Of a stretch of DNA of 64,000 nucleotides, positions 14,138 through 26,540 are shown piece by piece. The stretch comes from Octopus sinensis. Its lineage: Eukaryota. The notes beneath the pieces are model-generated. The model saw only the letters and a list, made by a program, of their open reading frames with translations, was not told the origin of the DNA and did not search any database. The stretch is taken from the NCBI RefSeq assembly GCF_006345805.1, contig NC_043008.1:11284001-11348000 (forward strand), written 5' to 3'. The position numbers and the translations under genes were made by a program. Position 1 is the first letter of the stretch. The number at the start of each line of letters is the position of its first letter.

Positions 14138-14423
14138 ACATGGATTAGATTACTTATTTAAGTATTTAAGTACCAGTCAAGCACTGAGTAACAGTGCAAG
14201 TTACAAATTTCTATATGTTGCTAGAAGTACTACAAATATGGCTCTGCAATTCTGAATATGCGTATTTGTACACGCTTATATATTCGTATCGATCAAACTC
14301 TCTCTCCCCGACACCTCACACACACACACACACACGCATATGAGTTATATATATATATATGAGTTATATATATATATATATGTATATCTACACATTCTCT
14401 TTCTTTCTCGCTCTCTCTCACTC

Positions 14424-14476
<53 letters not shown>

Positions 14477-14846
14477 ATATATATATACATATATATTGAT
14501 CATTGAAATCCCACTTGTCTTCTCTTGTTCTTTGAATCATTATCGTTAAAATATTTTTATTTTCAATATGATGGTCATTATTAAATAAATTGCACCATAT
14601 AATGACGAATTTGCTACTAATTAATCTCAGCGGTGATAATCACCTCGAATATTTACATTATTTTCAATTAGATTTCAAGTATTTACATTTGGTCGGAATT
14701 TCTGTTCGTTTATTTACCATTGTAATCAAAGTTTGCTTATACCAGCTGGTTAAATTGTAACAAGAAACACGTCTTTTTTCGTAAGTGTAATAAAGGTGTA
14801 AACCTGACACTCTGTCGGTTACAACGACGCCTGTTCGTGAAATTAA

Positions 14847-15367
14847 CCCCTTGGCGCAGGTATTACCCGAAGCATGCGAGACACTGCTCCGATCTTTTTT
14901 ATCTAATGAGGCCACACAAATACACAAGTGCCAACGAGCTCGCGTCTATTTACGTTCACCGTTGCAATAACATAGCGTCGTACATTTACGTCTCTTGATT
15001 CATGAAAACGAACAATGTGAAGCTGTTTATCAGAATATGATAGGCACGAGTTATTCTGCTCAAGTTCATAATATAGCTTGCGTGTGGTACAACTCAAAAC
15101 ACGGTATTTATGCATGTAAGTATCCGCATGTCTTTGGTCTACTTCTAGTCTCATGACTGGTACGTAACCTAAAATAGCTAAGATAATGCACGGAACGGCG
15201 AGCGCTCGCACCTCAAGAGATAAAGTCACGACAGCAAACCTAAACATACGTCAGCCGCTAAAAAGTCCGTCATAGATGTAGGGCACCTCTACTTCGTATA
15301 TTTACGTTAACCGCAGGTAGGCAAGCAAAAGTGTGATCGCATATTTCCGTCAACCGTTGTCAAGGGG
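14847..15367. mobile_element. Non-autonomous piggyBac-like element (TTAA target)
   Basis: TTAA|CCCCTTG...CAAGGGG|(T)TTAA: short TIRs beginning CCC, and TTAA on both sides. Removing it restores the SINE sequence gaaattaacgtg. Confidence 0.75.
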
Positions 15368-15500
15368 TTTAACGTGTAAGTGGCTGAGCACTCCGGAGAC
15401 ACTGTTACCCTTAACGTAGTTCTCAGGAAAATTTAGCGTGGTGCAGAGTATGACATGGCTGGTCCTTTGGAAATACAGCTATAACTCACACATGTCCATA

Positions 15501-15903
15501 GGCGCAGGAGTGGCTGTGTGGTAAGTAGCTTACTAACCAACCACATGGTTCTGGGTTCAATCCCACTGCGTGGCATCTTGGGCAAGTGTCTTCTGCTATA
15601 GCCCCGGGCCGACCAATGCCTTGTGAGTGGATTTGGTAGACGGAAACTGAAAGAAGCCTGTCGTATATATGTATATATATATATATGTATGTGTGTGTTT
15701 GTGTGTCTGTGTTTGTCCCCCTAGCATTGCTTGACAACCGATGCTGGTGTGTGTTTACATCCCCGCCACTTAGCGGTTCGGCAAAAGAGACCGATAGAAT
15801 AAGTACTGGGCTTACAAAGAATAAGTCCTGGGGTCGATTTGCTCGACTAAAGGCGGTGCTCCAGCATGGCCGCAGTCAAATGACTGAAACAAGTAAAAGA
15901 GTA
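15501..15903 (+). mobile_element. tRNA-derived SINE, family B, full length, internal (TA)n(TG)n
   Basis: ggcgcaggagtggctgtgtggtaag (A box)...gggttcaatccc (B box)...CORE-like ccttgggcaag...tail ctgaaacaagtaaaagagta. Many copies in window. Confidence 0.9.
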
Positions 15904-17129
15904 TGCCCGTTGTGTGAACTGGGGCAACGGGAAATTAAGGCTTTTTGCTTCATGACACAATGCATTGCCGGGAATCGTACTCACGAACTGACGAGCGTGA
16001 GCTGGAAAAGCTAACCACCAAGCCAAGTGCCGCCTTCAAACAACGAAAACCGCTAACTCATAACTCATGAAAAATGTCCTTGATTATTTGTCTTATTCCG
16101 TGAGTTGTAAAAATACGTTTCGCCTCTGATCAGATAATTTGAATGCTGTAAATCTTTATCTGTCCTTTATAGTTAAATATTTTGCAATTCATACTGTCTG
16201 GAATTATATTTGAAAAAAAAAAACGTAGTTCAAGGAATTTTATGTCGTAGTGTTCTCGAACGTAGGATATTTTTCAACTATAAACGGTACATTTCCTAGT
16301 CTTATTCAAGCACCTAATCCTGCTGTGTTGCTCTGACTCTTCATTACGAAAGGTTCATTCGCGATACATCGGATGATTCCAGATAAAACAGTTCCATAAA
16401 GCTTTGTCTACAGGGTTATGAATTGCGTCCGTTTACACAAATATCGACTTCTCTAAGAAGAGAAAAATCGACGAATAATGTTGAGCAGCGACATCTCAGA
16501 CGCCATCCCATTGATTAAACAACTGCTGCCACCAGTTGCGGCAAAATGTAATAAAACCTTTTATCAGTTTTTCTTCCAGAGAAGCTATAAATTTGAGAAT
16601 ACGATATACAGCAATTCACTTATGTAACGTTGCGTGAGTTTACATTTTAATTATCCCGCCGTTGGCGTTGGAATATGGACTGAGCAGAATTCATTGCACA
16701 AACAATTAGTATATACTGTAATGATATATGTATAGAAATAATGCTATTAGTGTAATCTATCGATCGTAGGTCAATTTATATAGACGATTTTAAGTTCATT
16801 ATGAATAACATTATGCCGATATAATTTTACGTAAATGTTCTTAATCCAATATCTGTTCTTAATGTAATTTCGCATGATAAAACAATCGAGCTCAACTCCG
16901 AGTTGATATCCATTCAATATTATTTCGGGTAAATGAGTTCGTGTTCGGAATTCTCTGTCACATTTCATAAAATAGTATACACAAAGCTCCAATATGTTGT
17001 CAAAAATATGTGTGTATGTGTGTATATACATATATGAATAGACGCACATGAATAAGTACTTACACGCACGTACACACACACTCACATGTATATAGAGTAG
17101 GCAGTCTAAATTTGACAGTTTACTTACAG

Positions 17130-17303
17130 GGTAAAAGGAACGCACTTTACCATCCAAACCTAGAAGTACTTTTAAAAGCCAAGGAGTATCGATTAGATTA
17201 TGGCCGAGAATGTAATCACAGTCAGTTTCTCCTGCGACTTCAAGGCAGAGGCGACGATGATGATGGTAGTGGTGGCCATGGGGATCAGGGATCACGGAGA
17301 TAG
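17130..17303 (+). CDS. Candidate terminal coding exon, unknown product (GKRNALYHPNLEVLLKAKEY...GRGDDDDGSGGHGDQGSRR*)
   Basis: Acceptor tttacttacag|G, 57 open codons in phase 0, GC richer than flanks, AATAAA at ~17626. No homolog recognised. Confidence 0.3.
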   Translation, partial: GKRNALYHPNLEVLLKAKEYRLDYGRECNHSQFLLRLQGRGDDDDGSGGHGDQGSRR

Positions 17304-17700
17304 TAAGCAATGTGAAAGACAGTAGTGATGGTGGTGGAGCGGAAGGCGGTGAACTCAAAAGTATTGATGGTAGTGGCGTCAGAAATCTGAACGGTGTGTG
17401 TATGTCATTTGTGGTGGCAACGGTTGTGGTACTGGTGATCGTGATGGCTGAAAACAATCAGCAGAAAAAGAAAGAGGTTAGATAGGAAAAAATTGTACTG
17501 GCCCCCAAATGGGAAGATAAAAAAACTGTTGTTTATCATGCAGCTTTGCAATAAGTTCTAAGTGAACAAATCATATTATTCTTTTGAGGAAAATTATTCA
17601 ACGCTTGTAAAATATTGTTCAAGTTTAATAAAATTTAATAGGTACTCAATGCATGAGGTTTCATTGTAGGGCCCAATGAAATACACACACACACACACAC

Positions 17701-17765
<65 letters not shown>

Positions 17766-17768
17766 TAT

Positions 17769-17945
17769 GACGGGAAAGTTTACGAAAATAAACAAAAGAC
17801 GAAGTCAGGTGGAGTACAAACAAGCAAATGTATTAGTATAGCGCTCAGGAATAGAAAAAGTATTTTACGTTTCAAGCCTACGCTCTTCGACAGAAGGATA
17901 CACAGAAAAAAAAACAAGGAGAGAAAAAATGCGTGTAGGAGCTAA
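17769..17945 (-). mobile_element. (TA)n-abutting Penelope-type terminus with hammerhead-like variant
   Basis: Minus 17895-17864: TT CTGTCGA A GAGC-GTAG-GCTT GAAA CGT A AA. A related copy lies at 24597-24630. Confidence 0.5.
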
Positions 17946-18035
17946 CGATAAATAGATATATGGATTGGGTGTGTGGTGAGAAGCTTCCTTTCTTACAACA
18001 TGGTTCAAGGTTCAATCTCATTGCGTAGCACACTG

Positions 18036-18088
<53 letters not shown>

Positions 18089-18374
18089 CTTTCACCATTT
18101 ATTTATTTAGGTCAAATAAAGGCACAGCATCGAAGTTTTTAGTGGACAGTCGAACACATAGACTATAACATTTACTATTGCAATTTAGTAAAACTGGTCT
18201 CTTCTGTCGAACCGTCAAGTTAAAACAGAAGTACAGGAAAATGCTGTCAAGAAGAGGCAGGCACACTAACACACAGATACAGGTATAGATAGACAGATAC
18301 ACGAGTGTGCACACACGAATGAGCAGACATAGACATATAAAGTAATCTTTTCTCCTCTTGGCACAAAATCAACC

Positions 18375-18745
18375 TCAGTACACAACTGGTACTTAATTTA
18401 TCGACCACGAAAGGAAGAAAGGCAAAGTCGATCCCGGCAGAATTTGAACTCAGAACGTAAAGACAGACGAAATGCCGCTAAGCATTTTGGCCGACGTGAT
18501 AACGTTTCTTGTTTCCTTATTGCCCACAAGGGGCTAAATATGGAGGGGACAAACAAGGACAGACAAAGGGATTAGGTCAATTGCATCGACCCCAGTGCCT
18601 AACTGGTACTTAATTTATCGACCCCGAAATGATCAAAGGCAAAGTCGACAACGGCGGAATTTGAACTCAGAACGTAGAGACAGAGGAAATGCCGCTAAGA
18701 AATTTTGCCCGACGTGCTAACGGTTCTACCTGCTCGCCGCCTGAG
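18375..18745 (-). mobile_element. Two tandem family A SINEs
   Basis: Head-to-tail copies at 18375-18510 and 18515-18745. Confidence 0.85.
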
Positions 18746-19751
18746 ACATATAAAATAATAAAATATCCTTAACGGGCCATAGGCTCATAAGACCGGGTCT
18801 CCGGATGCTGCATCGTACATAAAACCATGTGAAATGCGTAAATTCACTAAGTACGAACGTTAGATTTTGATACATTAGTGTAACACCAAGATTCACTTAA
18901 AGATGAAAGCCCAATACTAATTTAACGTAACAATACACCTTGTCCTCATCAGAAACGGTTTACTTCAAATATGACTGAATTTGTCATTAGATTATGAGTC
19001 AATAGAGACAGTTGTATGGATAACGTGATAATATTTGCATTTGATGCTAAAGGCAGTTGTTATATTAATGCTCATCTATAATAGAGTAATTAGTGATCGG
19101 CATGTAAATTGCTTTCTGTTGCATTGCTACAAAACGATAACGGTGTGTAGTTAGTGTCAATGTTAGGCAGTGGACAATATAGGGACTACGAAATAAAGGA
19201 ATGTAAGGGAATCTCATGTTCTTTGTTGAATAATCAGGTTGAATAGTAGAAATTGTAGAAACCAAAGCTGAATATTTTATAATTCTTCAGTTTCTACGTG
19301 TTCAGATCAAATAAAATGACTTTATCTTTCATCTCTCCCGGGAATACGTGGTAAAATTTAATGAACGTGCTGGGCTTCGTTGGATTGGCTGTAGTGTCTT
19401 TTTCGCATTTCTTTCTGTAAAGAGATCGATCATTAATGTTTTTGAATACCTTATTCAGTCAAACACGGAAACTTGAGACTCCTTCAAATAATTAACCACC
19501 CACACGATATTACAGGATAAATGTATAATTCTATAAAACATTTAATATTTTGAATGTCCAATATTAAAATTCCATTTTGAATATTAGAAAGATATTAACT
19601 ATAAAAAAACTGGTGATAAGCCAAATTTATCATGATTTTGTATATAGTATATATTTTTCCGCAATAATGATACTTAACGATCATATGCAGTTCCAATTAT
19701 TAATGGAAATAATTATATCCAGCCATTACACGAAAAATCAGCCATTACACG

Positions 19752-19806
<55 letters not shown>

Positions 19807-20010
19807 TCCCACAACTAAATTTATGCTAATTTAAAAAAAAAATCAAATATTTATTCTCCTCACGCGCTCGCACACACCCACTCTCACAAACACATGCACA
19901 CATCCACACGCACACATACCCTCATATATACAAAGACGTGTATATATATATATATACACACATACACACACATACATATATATATATATATACAGATATA
20001 TATATATATA

Positions 20011-20068
<58 letters not shown>

Positions 20069-21119
20069 CAGATATAAAAACTCATGTATGTGTGTATTTG
20101 TATATATTCTTTCATTGTTCAACTTTTTCAGTCATTTGAATGCGGTCATGTTGGAGCATGTATACATATATATTTGTATTTATATACATGTGTGTGGTTG
20201 TGTGTGTATATATGTAATACTATACGAATGTCCGCAGAAGTCGCCACTGCATAGTACCAATGGTACCATCCACTTCATCTCACATAAAAACAAGGCATTG
20301 CAACAGCCTCGGTTTCAGAGGTCTCAGCTCTAGAAAGCCCTGCCAAAACAACTGAGAAATCTGAAAGACATAATATAAAGTAAAAATAGAAGAGAGCTAT
20401 GCTGCTTAGACCTTAAATATTGAAGCTGGACATATATCAAGTCAGTCAGGAATCGGTGGAATTTACTATTTCTTCGAAGTATATTTATACATATGTATGT
20501 AACCACTGAAAGTCCCTGACCTGGAGTTCAATAGAGACATAGGGATCTTAGATCTGAATAGGATCTGCGCTCTTCCAGCCAAACAAAGACTATATTTAAT
20601 CTATTCATTCACAGAAGGTATGGATTTCTCGATTACTTTGCACTTAATCACATGCGGCGTTTCGTTATCTTTCAAAATTCATACGTAGCTAGGCCATTTA
20701 ATAGCTTTACTTTTGTCCTTACGTCGGAAAGAGGCTACGTTATTGACGTACCAATTTTTAAATTCGCCTTCACATAATGCAGTATAGGTTTTCTTATCTG
20801 TTGTATTATTATTAGGGTTGCAGTATAAATCCTAAATTGGATTATGTGAAGGTGAATCTAAAAATCGTTAATCATTTTTCGTTTTCCGTTGTTTACTGTG
20901 TTTTCTCTATGCTACCTTCTCATTTTTTTTACCTGTTTCTTCTATTATTCAATTTCTTTAGTTCGTTATGATATGTGGTTTGCTCCAGAAGATTATGTTT
21001 GAATTTTCGCAACACATGAAACTATTTCTAGCGCTTTGTGACCTTTAAATAAATAATATTTATCTCTCACCAGATGGCGTGACTTTTTTGTTGAGATTTT
21101 TTATCACAGATCAGTACAT

Positions 21120-21139
21120 TACACACACACACACACACA

Positions 21140-21228
<89 letters not shown>
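21120..21228 (+). repeat. (CA)n microsatellite
   Basis: Directly visible; abuts the mariner fragment. Confidence 0.95.
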
Positions 21229-21234
<6 letters not shown>

Positions 21235-21237
21235 GTA

Positions 21238-21635
21238 TTTACTTGCAAAAATCTTTTTCAGGTTAGGTTTTACATCCTCTTTGGTGTTGACCTCCGGAAT
21301 TTCAAGAAACAGAAGTAGGTGGAAATCTACCAGCGCCGGCTCGGAGGAATACAGAGAATGCTGCAAAAAGTCCCAGCCAAGCCCCATAACTTCGACTATG
21401 TCTTCTAAGAAGTGTGCAGTCTGGTATTGCCGTGATGGAAGATAATGCTCTTAGGATTAGCGAGTGGTAGACGCTTTTGATGGATCACAGCTGTTCATAA
21501 TACACATCTGAATTAATGGCCCTGTCCGTGGGGTAACTCGTAGAAGAGAACACCATTCCAGCCTCACCAAATTGATACCATTGCCTTCTTCTGGTGAAAT
21601 CCTGTTTTGAAGTTTGCTTGTGGTTTTTCACAGTG
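21238..21635 (-). pseudogene. Mariner (Tc1/mariner) transposase catalytic-domain fragment, degenerate
   Basis: KTGFHQKKAMVSIW*GWNGVLFYEL...AINSDVYYEQL...IIFHHGNTRLHTS...LGWDFLQHSLYSSEPALVDFHLL corresponds to the mariner motifs KKVMLxVWWD...FHHDNARPH...LGWEVLPHPPYSPDLAPSDYHL. Confidence 0.9.
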
Positions 21636-23225
21636 CATGCCACACGATCTTTGTTGCGCTGCACTAAGTTTGATGCTAAATATTGAGTTTGAAAAAAAGC
21701 ATAAGCTGTTGGTAATATTCGTTTTTTTTATGAACCCACGCCCAAGTATACAAATTGCAAGTTCGTATCCAATTACGTAGTAGTGTCGAGTATCTAAAGA
21801 GCTCGCAGTCACAACGAACAGCCAGAAGTTAGCTACTTATTAGAGTGCTTGAACTTTAGTGTAAAAAAAATAATAAACAGTGTGAGCGTTTTGGCCGATC
21901 TAATATTTTGAATCAATTTTCGTACATCGCAACATCGCGGTTAGTTCCCCCGAACTGGGCATTGTGTGAAGTTCTTGAGCAAAGCATTTAATTTCACACC
22001 GCTCCATTCCAGTCCAGTCCAGTCTATCATTAGTAAATGAATAACAATGCAACGGACTGGCATCCCGTATAGGAAGATATTGTATTCTCTGCCGTTAATA
22101 TGTCATAGAAATCATTTAACTGGTCTTATGAATTCTATGGATCGAAACAATAAACGCCAGCCATTGATTATAACAATGCAGGATTTATCTCAATTCATTC
22201 TTAATACTTTTGAAAACAGATAAGTTTAAAATATATAGAAGACAGTCAGTTGAATTCTGAGTTGTTGAGAAATATGATTAACTGTGCATAGATGGGTTAA
22301 AATTTTGCTGCTTTCATGTTTTAATGAAATCTACTTTCTATAATATGTAAGTCCAATAAATTTTGATAAGACATAATCAAATTCGAAAATTAGTATCATC
22401 TATATTGTGCGGGATTTCTTTTCTTCACTTAATTGAATGAGACCAAATTGGAAGTAAATATATTTAATAAATCTTTGATACAACCATAATGCACCCATTA
22501 GGCTGTAAATATTAAACAAGCAAACATATAAGAAAATTAAGAAGGAAAATGGTATAACCTTAACATTCAAATTTAATTGAACTAAGCAACGTAAAACGGT
22601 AACCAATCCGCGTCGAATTATCTTGAGAGAAATATAGGTAATTATCGAAAATAATTAACAGTTGGTACTGCAGAATTTGGAATTTTCAGAAACTTTAAGC
22701 TAGATATTGTAAGCTGTGGGAACCGAGATGTAGATCTATGAAGGTTTTTAAGTATAAGCATTATATCAGTAGTACCTTCTGGAAATAGAAGTAAACTTGG
22801 CACTTTCGTAAATATAAACAGATGTCAGCCATTTTGGACAATTAGTATTCTTGATGCATCTAGTTCATAAGACTGAATATTCTACAATGATGCGTATCTT
22901 TAAAGCAACTAGCAGGAAGTAAATCAGCGCCAAACATATGATGAAACAGGCCCTTCTAATTACAGACACGTTCCGAGTAAAGGCTTCCATAAATTCCCGG
23001 CTACCAAATTTTATTCATGAGTTGGGGGTTAACCGAAGGCTATAGTAAAGCCTTTTCTTTAATATGATACCAAGTGAGGTCATGAAAATGCACGATTGAG
23101 TGGTAAGAGCAAAAAAAAAAAACCGGGCACACACCTGCAGCCACGAGTGCTCACAAATATTTGAAGTAACAAAAAACAAGAGAAGACGATTAGGGATGTT
23201 TCATATATTTTTCCAACTCATATAC

Positions 23226-23265
<40 letters not shown>

Positions 23266-23714
23266 ATGTGTGTGTGTGTGTGTGCGTGCGTGCGTGTTTT
23301 TATATATATACACGCATATATACATATATATGTATATATATATATGTGTGTGTATATGTGTATATATATATATGCGAGAGGAAGTCAAAAATTATCCTCA
23401 CTTTCTCCAATAACTTTATTATTGTCACACTGTTCTGTGCGTGCTTATAGTTGGTACTATTGTGGTCTCGTGAACGGAGTTTGAACATGACCGTGTCATT
23501 TTTCTTTCTGCCTTTACAGTGTAAGCATAGACGAACAAACAGCAATGATCCGAGAGATGGTAATTTTGAACCGCTTCGCCATTACTATCTATCTAACTTG
23601 CCATCTCTTCTCGTTAACTTTGGAGGTTGATAGACGCCCTGCTCCCTCTTCTTGCCTCACGCTTGTCCGCACACTTTTAAACTTCTAAGTCCACTCATAC
23701 ACATTCCAACGTAT

Positions 23715-23905
23715 GTCCTCCAACATCGCTTGACAACCGATGCTGCTGTGTTTATCTACCCGTAACTTAGTGGTTCGGCAAAAGAGGCCGAGAGAATAAG
23801 TACTAGGCTTACAAAGAATAAGATTTGGGGTCGATTTGCTCGACTAAAAAGGCCGCGCTCCAGCATGGCCGCAGTCAAATGACTAAAACAAATAAAAGAA
23901 TAATA
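23715..23905 (+). mobile_element. Family B SINE, 3' half
   Basis: caacatcgcttgacaaccgatgct...ggggtcgatttgctcgactaa...gcagtcaaatgactaaaac. Confidence 0.85.
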
Positions 23906-24461
23906 AGAATGGAATACACTCACACCCACACATACATATATATATATATATGAATATTACACCAAAACTACAAATATAGTGACAAATATACCCAATGCTG
24001 AAATGCTACGATTTTCATAATCCTGATCAGTGTCTGCGAAAAGAAAATGTGGAGATATATCTTACGAACTGGCTGGATATAAAATAGAAGCTAATTTTTG
24101 GATTGCCATTAACAAGTGGAATCGTATGGCAATTAATTTGTTCAGTCCGTTGGCTCTCTTTACTGTAAGCGATATCACAACTTGTGCAGCTAACATACAT
24201 GCATGTTGATCACTAGAATACTAATTACATCTAAATTATAGAGTCGTGTTGCAGTTTGGCAAATAATAGTCAGAATCGTCATTCGGAAATGAGTTGCCTT
24301 TTCAACTACTGATCGTTAGTTAGAAATGCAGTTTGACAAAATGAATTGTACAGTAATAAAGGAAGACCTACTGAACATTAAAAATAAACACGCGAATATA
24401 CATATACACTATATACATATATATACGCACACACACACACATACACAAACACACACACACA

Positions 24462-24513
<52 letters not shown>

Positions 24514-24529
24514 ATATATATGCATATGT

Positions 24530-24695
24530 GTGTCGCGATGATAGATCATTAGCCATAAACACACATCTCTTACGTTCCCTGTTTCTTTTTGTGCTCCTTT
24601 CTGTGGAAGAGCGTAGGTTCATAAAAAAAACGAATATTACCAACAGCTTATGCTTTTTTTCAAACTCAATATTGTTGTTTTCGTGAATTGTCCAT
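24530..24695 (+). mobile_element. (TA)n-abutting Penelope-type terminus, decayed ribozyme
   Basis: CTTT CTGTGGA A GAGC-GTAG-GTTC, with GAAA lost; same family as 17769-17945. Ends in (TA)n at ~24700. Confidence 0.45.
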
Positions 24696-24698
24696 ATG

Positions 24699-24755
<57 letters not shown>

Positions 24756-24764
24756 GTGTGTGTG

Positions 24765-24982
24765 AGCTGGTAGAAACGTTAGCACGCCGGGCGAAATTCG
24801 TAGCCGTATTTCGTCTGTCGTTACGTTCCGAGTTCAAATTCCGCCGAGGTCGACTTTGCCTTTCATCCTTTCGGGGTCGATAAATTAAGTACCAGTTACG
24901 CACTGGGGTCGATGTAGTCGACTTAATCCCTTGTCTGTCCTTGTTTGTCCCCTCTGTGTTTAGCCCCTTGTGGGTAGTAAAG

Positions 24983-24987
<5 letters not shown>
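24765..24987 (+). mobile_element. Family A SINE, near full length
   Basis: gagctggtagaaacgttagcacgccgggcg...ccccttgtgggtagtaaagaaata. Confidence 0.9.
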
Positions 24988-25031
<44 letters not shown>

Positions 25032-25916
25032 TATATATTTATATAGTAAAATAGTTGTTGGTGAAAGTATAACATTTATAAAATGCTTAGTATATATTTC
25101 TTCATAATGATTGTTGAACGAGATAATATGATTGAGAAACTAAGGGTAAATGTTTAAAACTCAAGTTAATGCGTGTAAGTCCAAGACATAGAGTTTGATT
25201 ATTAGGGCTTTGGTCTGAATATACATAAGGACGCGTGTCCGATTTTCGGATCAGATTGCGCATTCTGACCTTTTTCTGATTGCTGAAGCTTACTGAACTG
25301 AAAATTTGCACCAGTTATAGATGCTGTTAAGTTCTCGAAGGGATCATATGCAATAAACAGAGGTGCCTTTGAAGGTAGGAATAGCGACCATCCAATGTTT
25401 TACTCTCATTATACAAATCTTGTCATATTGGCCTGTGACGTCATTGCACTCAATCGGTCCACTAATATCCCCTTACGCAAACACACAATCATCTCAAACA
25501 CACGTGTACTCGGCGCTTAATATCTTTGGCAATTCAAGGACCAGTATTTATTATCAATACAAGAAACTCAACAGGTTTCATATGACGCATTGTTAGCCAA
25601 ACAATGATAGAAACCTGCTTAGTCACATTCAATGTTCCACAGCAATGAAATGAATAATATACATCTAATATCTCTTCATCTTCAACAAATGCTATGTTTT
25701 CCAATCTCTGGCGGTTTTAAATACTCATGACAATAATGATGTGACCAAATGTATCACGACATTTAGTTAAAAACTTTTACTAAGTTCAAAAGGCTCTTCA
25801 TAAATTCTTGTAGACTTAATAAAATGTCCATGTCAGATATTTTGGTAGTTGTAGAGCCAAGGTCAATTATAGCCGTTCCTGAAATTATGATAACTTATTA
25901 ATATTATTATTAATTC

Positions 25917-26035
25917 GCTTACAGTGATAGCATGTTGAATAAATCGGTTCTCGTCTAATCACCGAAGTTAAGCAACAGAGAGCCAAGTCTGTACTTAGAT
26001 GGGTGACCGATTGAGAAACTTAGGTGCTGTAAGCA
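25917..26035 (+). rRNA. 5S rRNA pseudogene, full length (~119 nt), diverged
   Basis: gcttacagtgatagcatgttgaataaatcggttctcgtctaatcaccgaagttaagcaac...gtacttagatgggtgaccg...aggtgctgtaagc is colinear with metazoan 5S; box A and box C are recognisable but there are many substitutions. Confidence 0.85.
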
Positions 26036-26037
26036 TT

Positions 26038-26185
26038 TCAGGTTTAAAAAGTTCGCCGAAGTAGACTTTGCCTTTCATTCATTTGGGTCGATAAAATAAG
26101 TGCCAATTGAACACGGAGGTTGATTTAATCGAATTAGCCCCCTCCCCTAAAAGTTATGGCCTTGTGCCAAAATTTGAAAACAATA
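26038..26185 (+). mobile_element. 5'-truncated family A SINE fused directly to the 5S copy
   Basis: gttcgccgaagtagactttgcctttcattcatttgggtcgataaaataagtgcc...ggccttgtgccaaaatttgaaaacaata. Confidence 0.75.
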
Positions 26186-26194
26186 GTTTTTTTT

Positions 26195-26540
26195 TACTCT
26201 TTACTCTTTTACTTGTTTCAATCATTTGACTGTGGTCATGTTGGAGCACCGCTTTTAGTCGAGCAAATCGACCCCTTGACTTATTCTTTGTAAGTCTAGT
26301 ACTTACTCTATTGGTCTCGTTTGCTGAACCGCTGAGTTTCGGTGGACTTCAACACACCACCATCGGTTATCAAGCGATGTCAGGGGTACAAACACAAACA
26401 CACAAACATATACATATACATATAGATATACATATACACGATGGGCTTCTTTCAGTTTCCGTCTACCAAATCCACTCACAAGGCCCGAGGCTACAATAGA
26501 AGACAGTTGTCCATGGTGCCACACAGTGGGACCGAACCCG
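26195..26540 (-). mobile_element. Family B SINE
   Basis: Reverse complement of family B consensus, including tail ttttactctttttacttgtttca. Confidence 0.9.

Larger units (their letters stand above)
14805..16035 (-). mobile_element. Family C tRNA-SINE split into three pieces by two nested insertions
   Basis: Head 15904-16035, body 15369-15495, tail 14805-14846. Pieces match the uninterrupted copy at 40845-41100 and the fragment at 63930-64000. Confidence 0.75.

Noticed and set aside
14903-15247. 114-aa minus ORF inside the piggyBac-like MITE
   Set aside because: No piggyBac DDD or Cys-rich motifs recognisable; treated as non-coding interior.
16771-17457. Longest ORF in the track (228 aa, minus strand)
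   Set aside because: Runs antisense through a GGT/GAT-rich patch and a CA/TA tract; no domain or splice support.
18915-18955. Minus-strand CTGATGA-GGACAA...TTGTT motif
   Set aside because: GAAA is missing; at best a decayed remnant.
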